Positions 25,501 through 31,202 of a DNA stretch of 32,000 nt are shown here, piece after piece. Under the pieces are notes generated by a model. It was not told the origin of the DNA. It saw only the letters and a list, made by a program, of their open reading frames with translations, and did no database searches. Numbering within the stretch: position 1 is the stretch's first letter; each line of letters starts with the position of its first letter. Origin of the DNA: Bellilinea caldifistulae (lineage in GTDB: Bacteria > Chloroflexota > Anaerolineae > Anaerolineales > Anaerolineaceae); assembly GCF_001306055.1 (NCBI RefSeq), contig NZ_LGHJ01000011.1, forward strand, positions 30,001 to 62,000, in the 5' to 3' direction. The position numbers and the translations under genes are program-made.

Positions 25501-25895
25501 TCCGGCGCTCTCAATTGCGATTGGGCAAAGCCCGCCAGGGTCGCTTCGACCGCCGCCGCATCCCGCTCGGCTCTGCTAATCCCCGCCGCCACCGATTCGG
25601 CGGACACCGCCGCTCCGTACAACTGCACGATTCCGATGTGGTCGGGCTGGAAGATACCCAGTGCCGAATAGACGAAGTTCACCCCGGCGTTGTACAGCCC
25701 GGTGATGGCTGCCCACTGCTTGCCGAGTATCCCTTCACCCGCCTGCCGCCGGTTCTGCGGGTCGTCCGTGATGGCGGTCAGTTCCCGCAGGACGGCCACC
25801 CGGTAGTACCGCCGTCCGTCCTCGTCCACCAGACACCAGGCGGCGTGAAAGTGGCCGTTCCTGCTCTCGATGCCGTTGTCCAGTATTCGCAGCAT
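22521..25895 (-). CDS. 1124-aa P-loop ATPase of the HerA/FtsK/VirB4/T4CP type, with unknown N-domain and a ~250-aa S/T/G/Q low-complexity insertion
   Basis: GGAGG SD upstream of ATG 25895. Walker A is FAGDTGWGKS (aa 699-708). It is followed by VVVLDFG...RPLRWNPLQIG, which resembles the NPL motif of coupling proteins. Walker B is ADLFMVFEEAN (aa ~970-980), followed by FRDSRKYGAYFGVVTQSPS (HerA/VirB4-like arginine-finger/sensor region). aa ~252-505 are extremely Ser/Thr/Gly/Gln-rich. Confidence 0.9.
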   Translation of the reverse strand: MLRILDNGIESRNGHFHAAWCLVDEDGRRYYRVAVLRELTAITDDPQNRRQAGEGILGKQWAAITGLYNAGVNFVYSALGIFQPDHIGIVQLYGAAVSAESVAAGISRAERDAAAVEATLAGFAQSQLRAPDLDIIRWYVEFLSSARKPLALLGHPDPRVKRRGTGRDGALPEEADDLAIEQNEILFRGLAKLRENFVFQVVSDHVPRGELVRDLEQMARIASNYASRRKGSKSIGFSVGIPIFNALAHGYSGAGGRADSHAHSQAEAWNQNWGEADTESRSHSVTRGSSVSLGESESESGSRSVMQGTSQMESQSTMQAQSTMQSHSRMQSQTESSAWGSSSGTSQTAGSGSGWALGHGTSLNQSVNAGGGINVGVAKIDLGGGMGVSESWNLTQSQSQFASSGSFQSTSEMHGRADTTGESWTTGTGESRGTGQTVGNATSQGVVESSGWSRSTSRVVTTMNSETNTTGEAHTRSQGFGRGYGETDAYGQTRSSIGAQTAGAGLTYGLAPAINLNRTWQVEDDVAERLTEILRGFEGLLNTATHSGGFVTSAYLLTDSERAAVAAASLVPEAFYGEGAPTPVLTAEPPEAEREAVMEAARAFVPFKARTNDPHDPFDGWLFWRYASLLPADKVAAYVAPSLLQEGTLKVIAPIPDGMGFYPKMPGEVVLGHQYSPNTADLTNAPVRLDKPRLMHTMFAGDTGWGKSVAAVRMAYEIAYRWNMRVVVLDFGFAWRSLLNAPGLEGRVDIRQLRPDGVRPLRWNPLQIGTYINPETQLKAFADIFGSVAQLGQKQQQHRLLDAVRRVYLSVGVMVDDPLVRADPQYGRVSAEEAARLGLVEGTPLGDLSADDRQRVAVERSKRVGLGDLYEEIEREYDSLNPRDQVGRGVLEGILWRLKSLVRGAPAAQFQPGADAIPVEDLGRPNGVVVLEGGKFLDNFAKAWLLGWAGWLIYSDMVARREKQINRGEADLFMVFEEANIIFTGLEGGGDATEGRSAPTVGEQYSNMFRDSRKYGAYFGVVTQSPSLIPSGIISSCNNLVVGFLKTPKDKDIVLSAIARSEKGFVDEPWRRFLADEHIGMVIGRFPYAHSREMQLPILFRPLMLDVPEPTDAEIAEKLGRITL

Positions 25896-25898
25896 CCC

Positions 25899-26498
25899 TT
25901 ACCTCCGCTCCCATTCAAGGTTGTATAACCGTCCACTCCGTTTCTCCTCTTTGAGAAAGATGGTCGTCAGCCGCGCTTGCGGAGGTATGATTTCCGTGAC
26001 GATCTCATCCACCAGACGGTATTCCCGCGCTTGTTCCGGCAAAAGCGTCACCGTGCGGGACAAATCCGCCTCGACTTTTTCCAGCGTCTGGCCGGTTGAC
26101 TCGGCCAGCACCCGACAGATATTGCGCTGGTCGCTTTCCAGTTCGGTCAGGATGTTCCGCAACTGGTCGCCGGTGTAATTGCCCTCTTCCAGATGGGTTC
26201 GGATACCGTGTAGTAAAAAGCGCGTTTGCGGCGCAGCCAGCCGCCTTTTCCCGGCGCAGTACAACACCACCCCTATTGAATCCACTTGACCGATGTTGTA
26301 TGTCCACACTTCTATCGGCAGCCCCCTCATCAAGGCGTACAGCGTCAGGCCGTATGAAACCGATCCGCCCGGTGTGGAAAGCAGCAAATGCAACCGCTCC
26401 ACCCCTTCCAGTACGGCGTTTTGGAAAATCTCCACCAATAGTCCAAAACTCTCGCCGTTCACCGCTGAAAGAAACTGAATCCAGCGCTCTCCTCTCAT
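25899..26498 (-). CDS. ClpP/crotonase-fold serine peptidase (ClpP- or SDH-like)
   Basis: Aligns by eye to E. coli ClpP: LLLSTPGGSVSYGLTLYALM with YINSPGGVITAGMSIYDTM; IGQVDSIGVVLYCAG with MGQAASMGAFLLTAG (nucleophile Ser); and TRFLLHGI with SRVMIHQP (His). C-terminal EYRLVDEIV matches EYGLVDSIL. Confidence 0.8.
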   Translation of the reverse strand: MRGERWIQFLSAVNGESFGLLVEIFQNAVLEGVERLHLLLSTPGGSVSYGLTLYALMRGLPIEVWTYNIGQVDSIGVVLYCAGKRRLAAPQTRFLLHGIRTHLEEGNYTGDQLRNILTELESDQRNICRVLAESTGQTLEKVEADLSRTVTLLPEQAREYRLVDEIVTEIIPPQARLTTIFLKEEKRSGRLYNLEWERR

Positions 26499-26501
26499 CC
26501 C

Positions 26502-27065
26502 TTACCTCCGCTCCCTTGCCCGCTCGATGACCGTGCGGGGGTCTGCCCCGGTTGGAGCGTGCGCCAGCAGGTTCTTGATCAGCAGCCCTGCCTGCACTAC
26601 CGGCATCCCCCACAGCGCAAAGCCCGCCAGCACCGCCAGATAATTCACCCCGGCGATGAGATTGTCCGCCGCTTGGTTGTCCAATGCCCAGAACAACACC
26701 CGTGCGCCCAGTCCCACCAGGGCGTACAGGATGAGGTTCTGAATCGTCTCCCACGCCGATTCGTCCGGGCGGTAGTTGTCCACCCGCATCACGAAGCCGC
26801 CCACTCCCGCCAGCCCTGCCATGAGGTAAGGGGCAGGGTTAGGCGCAATGAGCGCCGCCGCCAGTGCCAGCCCGCCGGCGGGCAGCAGCACCTGCCGCAT
26901 CCGCCGCGCCTGCGCTTCCTGCAAACGCTGACCCAGCAGCAGGTACAGCCACACCAGCGCCGGGATGAGCAGCACCAGCGCAAGGTTGTCCACTGCCAGC
27001 CAGACCAGCGCCAGCAGGCCGTTCAAGACCCACACCAAAGGCAAAAGCAGCGTGTCCGGACTCAT
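26502..27065 (-). CDS. Polytopic membrane protein (187 aa), unknown family
   Basis: Five to six hydrophobic helices (LLLPLVWVLNGLLALVWLAV, LALVLLIPALVWLYLLL, LALAAALIAPNPAPYLMAGLAGVGGFVM, ...). Tight spacing to both neighbours. Confidence 0.7.
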   Translation of the reverse strand: MSPDTLLLPLVWVLNGLLALVWLAVDNLALVLLIPALVWLYLLLGQRLQEAQARRMRQVLLPAGGLALAAALIAPNPAPYLMAGLAGVGGFVMRVDNYRPDESAWETIQNLILYALVGLGARVLFWALDNQAADNLIAGVNYLAVLAGFALWGMPVVQAGLLIKNLLAHAPTGADPRTVIERARERR

Positions 27066-27074
27066 CCCGCCCCC

Positions 27075-28427
27075 TTACTTGATGATGGTGGTCATCATCA
27101 GGTAGGCGTCAAATTCGCCTGCCGGTATCTGGAACGAACGGGACTGTGATACCGGCGTGCCGCTGGTAATGCCCGAAAGTGTCATGGCGTAAAAGCCGGG
27201 GTCACGAATCTGCACCTTTTCCTGTACCAGCGTCCAGCGGAAGGTGTTGGACGCATCGCAGCCCTGACTGGTGGCATAGCGCCAGTTCCAGTCCGGGCGG
27301 ATGAGGGTTGCCCCCGGATACCACTGGGCCAGGTCGTTCAAAATCCAGTCCCGGCTGGACTTTTTCAGGCTCGCCGAAGCCAGCACCCGCGCCTGTTCGC
27401 AGAAGGTCTGTTCGTGCAGGACGCAGTACTCGACTTCTTCCTCTTCCTCGACATACCGGTTGGGGGCTTTGCAGTTGTCCTTGATGGGCGGCGGCAGTTC
27501 CACAAGGCTGCCGTTGGGGGCGATACAGCGTTTGTTGACCTCTTTGCGTTCTTCCAGCGTGTAGTAGCGGAAGATGGTCGGCTCGATGGTCAGGCTGAAT
27601 TGCAAATCCACCCCGCGCTTCTCCGGGTCTTGGCCGGTCACGATGGCGTAATTGGGGGCGGTCTTGACCGCCGTGCCGCTGATCCTGCCCTGCGTTACGC
27701 TCGGCGCACCGCATTTCTGCACCACCCTGTCCGGCGTGGGTGTCCTGCCGGGGATGTTGCCGTCCGGACACAGGGACGGCGGACATTGCCCCCGCCGCCG
27801 CAGTTCGTCTAGCAGGGCCTGCGGACAGCCGGTCGGCGAGTTCTGGCAGGATGAGTACAGCAGCATTACCCGGTAGAAGTTGTTGTCCTGGTTTGCAGCA
27901 CGCCTCAGAATGTCAAAGAGATTCCACGCATCGCTTTCTTTCAACACAGACCAGGCGTCTTTGCCCTGAATGATCGCATCCGCCAACTCTCTGGCGTAGG
28001 GCAGGTTCAGGACTTGCAGGACGGCGGCAATCACATCTCTGCCGCTCATGTTGCCCCCAACGATGTCGCCAACCCCCCAGATTGCATACCCCAGTCCTGT
28101 CCCCACCGAACCGTCCGAATTGACCAACCCCGATTCACGCGGGTTCATCGCCATGAAGAACAGGGTCGTGGCCGATGGCAGCAAGACGCTCTCCCCGCTC
28201 GGCAGGGCGTACATATGGTAGGTCGCTGCCCCGTCATAAATCCAGTCCGGTACCCACGCAGGCGCATCCGGCATCCAGTCCGCCGGAACTTTCTGCTCAC
28301 CCAAATCCACCACGCCCGCTTTGAGGTTGCCGTTTTCGTCAAAGAAGTCGCCCCAATCGGCTCTGGCGGGTTGAATGTTCACCGCCAACAGAACGAACAA
28401 GAGGACTGCGTACATCACCCGCTTCAT
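27075..28427 (-). CDS. Secreted Cys-rich protein (450 aa), unknown family
   Basis: Sec-type signal MKRVMYAVLLFVLLAVNIQPARA/DW. About 12 cysteines, several in close pairs (CQNSPTGC, CPPSLC). ATG 28427 forms an ATGA overlap with the upstream stop. Confidence 0.75.
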   Translation of the reverse strand: MKRVMYAVLLFVLLAVNIQPARADWGDFFDENGNLKAGVVDLGEQKVPADWMPDAPAWVPDWIYDGAATYHMYALPSGESVLLPSATTLFFMAMNPRESGLVNSDGSVGTGLGYAIWGVGDIVGGNMSGRDVIAAVLQVLNLPYARELADAIIQGKDAWSVLKESDAWNLFDILRRAANQDNNFYRVMLLYSSCQNSPTGCPQALLDELRRRGQCPPSLCPDGNIPGRTPTPDRVVQKCGAPSVTQGRISGTAVKTAPNYAIVTGQDPEKRGVDLQFSLTIEPTIFRYYTLEERKEVNKRCIAPNGSLVELPPPIKDNCKAPNRYVEEEEEVEYCVLHEQTFCEQARVLASASLKKSSRDWILNDLAQWYPGATLIRPDWNWRYATSQGCDASNTFRWTLVQEKVQIRDPGFYAMTLSGITSGTPVSQSRSFQIPAGEFDAYLMMTTIIK

Positions 28428-28933
28428 GGCTCAGCCTCCAACGCCTGCAATTCCTGCTCGAACAGAAAATGGTCGAATTTCCATTCGCCGTTCTCTCGCA
28501 CCACCAGTACCGGTATCTCGCCCCCTTTTTCCTCGCCGGTGTTCAGGTCTCGGATCGTCCCCGTGACCATCCACACCTGCCGCTCGCCCAAATCCTTACG
28601 CAGTTCCGCCGACTGCACCCGGTACTCGCTGCGCGCTTTGGTCTCCACCACCCTGTCCCAATTGGTGAACAGTTCGGCGAAGGCACAGCCGTTCTCGGTG
28701 GCCACCGCACACACCGATTGCAGCCAGGCATCGTAGCCGGTGGTCACATCCACCGAAAACAACGCCGTGAGACCGGCGATGGCGGCTTCCCGTCCGTCCG
28801 GGACGGGGGTGGGTTCGGGTTCTGCCTGGGCGGTAGTGAACATCGGCAGGATAAACCGCACGGCGGCAATTGCCGCAAAGACCACCAGCAGGATGACTAA
28901 CCCTCTTTTGACGGTTGACAGTTTGATTTCCAC
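28424..28933 (-). CDS. N-terminally membrane-anchored protein (169 aa), first gene of the operon
   Basis: GTG 28933 with GGAGG 6 nt upstream. TM LVILLVVFAAIAAVRFILPMF, then a P/E linker (AEPEPTPVPDG) and a ~120-aa globular domain. Confidence 0.7.
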   Translation of the reverse strand: MEIKLSTVKRGLVILLVVFAAIAAVRFILPMFTTAQAEPEPTPVPDGREAAIAGLTALFSVDVTTGYDAWLQSVCAVATENGCAFAELFTNWDRVVETKARSEYRVQSAELRKDLGERQVWMVTGTIRDLNTGEEKGGEIPVLVVRENGEWKFDHFLFEQELQALEAEP

Positions 28934-28954
28934 GCTTCACCTCCGGTTAACACA

Positions 28955-28986
28955 AAGCGGCTCTCCCTGACTGGGGAGAGCCGCTT
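28955..28986 (-). terminator. Strong hairpin + T-tract between promoter and first operon gene (terminator of the upstream unit and/or leader attenuator)
   Basis: AAGCGGCTCTCCC / GGGAGAGCCGCTT form a perfect 13-bp stem with a 6-nt loop. On the minus strand it is followed by TTTGTGTT and then immediately by the RBS of the 28933 gene. Confidence 0.55.
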
Positions 28987-29058
28987 AAATACAAACAGCG
29001 TTCTCACGTTTCGGGCTTCTCGTGCCCTCGGAGCCGCATGCCCCGTTCCTCGCCGATT

Positions 29059-29087
29059 ATTCTACAAAGTTATTTTTCCGTTCGCAA
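29059..29087 (-). promoter_or_regulatory. Sigma70-like promoter candidate for the long operon
   Basis: The minus strand reads TTGCGA (29087-29082), 17 nt, then TAGAAT (29064-29059). It lies in the only sizeable AT-richer intergenic gap (28934-29121) upstream of the operon. Confidence 0.45.
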
Positions 29088-29121
29088 GTGGTATTTTTCA
29101 GTCCCTTACAACACTGCAAGG

Positions 29122-29691
29122 TCAGGGGGTTTCCGCCGGTCTTTGCGGCGGCGGTAACTGGCACGGACGCCCTAACGCCGTTACCCAATACCACCATGAC
29201 TCGTTCTCGATTTGCCACCACCAGGCATCCAGAAACAGCAACTCGTCCGGTGCAATGATGCCCTTTGCCCCACGAATCCACGACTCGGCTTCTGCCGTGC
29301 CGGGCTGGGTGCGTACCACAAACACTCGCAGGAAGGGAATAACAATTTGGCGGACTGGCACAAAAATAATTGTGCCGCTGCAAACATTCTTGCCCTCAAA
29401 GTTTTGCTCGTCAATCTTCTCCCACCCGGCGAAGCGGTCTTGCCAGAACTCCCGGAAGGTCATCCCTTCCGGCGGCAGTGTCCTGGCAAAGCGCGGGTCA
29501 ATCTGCATCGGTTGATTGGCCTTGACGGCGTAGAAGTACCACCCCACCCCGCCAGCCGCCAGCACCAACACCAGCGCGGCGATTATTGTCACCCGCAGCA
29601 CCACCTCAAAAACCAACAGCAGCGCCTTGAACGGCAAGGCTACCAGGTTGCGGGCTGCCAGTTTCAACCCTTTGCGTGTGATGGCCGCCAT
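29122..29691 (-). CDS. Membrane-anchored Trp-rich hypothetical protein (189 aa)
   Basis: ATG 29691 lies 5 nt after the vapC stop. TM region LLLVFEVVLRVTIIAALVLVLAAGGVGWYFY. The C-terminal domain has LDAWWWQIENESWWYW. Confidence 0.6.
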   Translation of the reverse strand: MAAITRKGLKLAARNLVALPFKALLLVFEVVLRVTIIAALVLVLAAGGVGWYFYAVKANQPMQIDPRFARTLPPEGMTFREFWQDRFAGWEKIDEQNFEGKNVCSGTIIFVPVRQIVIPFLRVFVVRTQPGTAEAESWIRGAKGIIAPDELLFLDAWWWQIENESWWYWVTALGRPCQLPPPQRPAETP

Positions 29692-29696
29692 AGACC

Positions 29697-30128
29697 TCAC
29701 ACCCCCCCAATCCAGTGCGCCCACCCCGCCCCCTGCGCTTGCAACGCATTGACCAGCCGCTGGTCGGCGCTCCACAACTCCGCTCCGTACTGCTCCGCCA
29801 CTGCCGCATACTGGGCATCGTAGGCTTTGCTCTGTCCCAACCGCTCCGCCCAGCGCAGCGAGGATTTCAGCAAAGCAGGGGTCGGCTCCACCAGCCGCAC
29901 CCCCATTTCTGGCAGAATGTCCACCAACAAGTCGGCATCCTTCGGGGCCAGTTTGCGTTTGAACACGGCAAAGCGCAGGGCTGACACCACCTCGGCGTAC
30001 CAGTGCGCCGGTGCGTACAACACTTCACCGCTGGACTTCCAGTCGTCCAGACATCGCTCCGCCTGAACCGAGTAATCTTGAGTCAGCAGGACATTGACCA
30101 CAACGCTGGCATCTACGACAATCCCCAT
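29697..30128 (-). CDS. vapC: PIN-domain ribonuclease toxin VapC
   Basis: MGIVVDASVVV.. (first acidic residue), ..APAHWYAEVVSAL.. (Glu), ..AYDAQYAAVAEQYGAELWSADQRL (conserved Asp residues). ~143 aa, overlapping a preceding RHH antitoxin gene. Confidence 0.9.
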   Translation of the reverse strand: MGIVVDASVVVNVLLTQDYSVQAERCLDDWKSSGEVLYAPAHWYAEVVSALRFAVFKRKLAPKDADLLVDILPEMGVRLVEPTPALLKSSLRWAERLGQSKAYDAQYAAVAEQYGAELWSADQRLVNALQAQGAGWAHWIGGV

Positions 30129-30406
30129 TTCTCCTCCTGCTCCCGCTCGTATTCCTCACGCACATCCCGCAGAATGTCACCCTCATACACGCCATATTGA
30201 GCAGCAGTGCGTTCGCGAATTTCCCGCAACTTTGCCAGCGTGCGGCGGAATTGTTCACTCTCCGCCCGGCGCTGTTCTTCCAGATAGCGGCGCACCAATT
30301 CCCGCAGGATTTCAGACACGCTCTTGCCCTGTTCCTGAGCAATCTCGTGCAGTTCCAACTGGTCACTTTTGTCCAACATCACTTGCACTCGAATCAGTTC
30401 GGCCAT
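30113..30406 (-). CDS. vapB: Ribbon-helix-helix (CopG/VapB-type) antitoxin
   Basis: ATG 30406 with GAGGTG SD. The N-terminus MAELIRVQVMLDKSDQLELHEIAQEQGKSVSEILRELVRRYL fits a beta-strand/helix/helix pattern. It has an acidic C-terminal tail and overlaps vapC by 16 nt. Confidence 0.8.
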   Translation of the reverse strand: MAELIRVQVMLDKSDQLELHEIAQEQGKSVSEILRELVRRYLEEQRRAESEQFRRTLAKLREIRERTAAQYGVYEGDILRDVREEYEREQEEKWGLS

Positions 30407-30416
30407 CTCACACCTC

Positions 30417-30440
30417 GTTGTGTATAGAGTATTACACAAC
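30417..30440. promoter_or_regulatory. Palindromic operator candidate upstream of vapB
   Basis: GTTGTGTA-TAGAGTAT-TACACAAC is an 8-bp perfect inverted repeat with an 8-nt AT-rich spacer. It abuts the vapB SD and spans the stop codon of the upstream gene. Confidence 0.4.
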
Positions 30441-31202
30441 AAGGATTTTGTCAAGCCCCTGCCCGCGGTTCCAGCGTTCCAGCCACAGGTCGCTGTCCGG
30501 CTGCTTTGCCAGCGTGGTCAGTTCGGTGGCCACCCCCGCAAAGCGGGGTTTGAGATAGCGCAGGATACCCTGCATCCGTTTGGGTGTCAGGGTGCATACT
30601 GCCACCCGCCGCTGGAAGTTGTACTGATTGATCCACTTCCGCACCCATGTGTTATCCGCCCCGTCCCTGCGTTTGCGGGGATGGCGCAGGGTCTCCACCT
30701 CGACATAAATCCGCTCGCCGTCCTTCTCGACCAGCACATCCGGCTCTACCAGCGGATTGTCCACCGCTGGACAGACTTCCACCCGCCAGCCCCGCCTGCG
30801 GGCGTGGTAGGCAAACAGCAGGATGGCAAAAGCATGATTGGCGTGTTCTTCGGCGTTGTGTTTTTGGGTAAGAATGTCCCACTCTGACCGGCGGATGGGA
30901 CAACCCAGTTCTGCGGCAAACACCACACCGCTGTCGGTCAGGCGCAGGATAGCGTATTTTGTTTGACCGCTTCTGAAAAATAGCCGTTCCGCCAAATTCT
31001 GCTCAACCAGCAAGTCGAACAACCGCTTTGCCGAACCACCGTAGATACCCAATCGCTGCTCGACCTCTACTTGCAAACAAACCCCCTCTGCCAAGATTTG
31101 CACGGCGGTTTCCATCCGCCGCCATAATTCAATCCGAATCGCCCTTACCCGTTCCATAAGCACATTTTGACCATGAATTTTACAAAATCTTATCCGTACC
31201 AT
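30432..31202 (-). CDS. Winged-HTH + PD-(D/E)xK-like nuclease-fold protein (Replic_Relax-like); paralogue of the C-terminal half of 8917-10185
   Basis: Shares SEWDIL..H..EHANH..FAYHARRRGW..PDVLVEKDGERIYVEVE...GVATELTTL...LWLERW with the other paralogue. The start is uncertain: ATG 31202 lies inside an inverted-repeat arm, and the alternative is ATG 31157 (MERVRAIR..). Confidence 0.8.
   Translation of the reverse strand: MVRIRFCKIHGQNVLMERVRAIRIELWRRMETAVQILAEGVCLQVEVEQRLGIYGGSAKRLFDLLVEQNLAERLFFRSGQTKYAILRLTDSGVVFAAELGCPIRRSEWDILTQKHNAEEHANHAFAILLFAYHARRRGWRVEVCPAVDNPLVEPDVLVEKDGERIYVEVETLRHPRKRRDGADNTWVRKWINQYNFQRRVAVCTLTPKRMQGILRYLKPRFAGVATELTTLAKQPDSDLWLERWNRGQGLDKILVV

Noticed and set aside
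25899-28933. ClpP-like peptidase + large ATPase read as a prophage head-maturation protease and terminase
   Set aside because: I recognised no portal, capsid, tail or lysis genes. The ATPase motifs are HerA/VirB4-like rather than terminase-like, and the genes are translationally coupled to Tad pilus genes.
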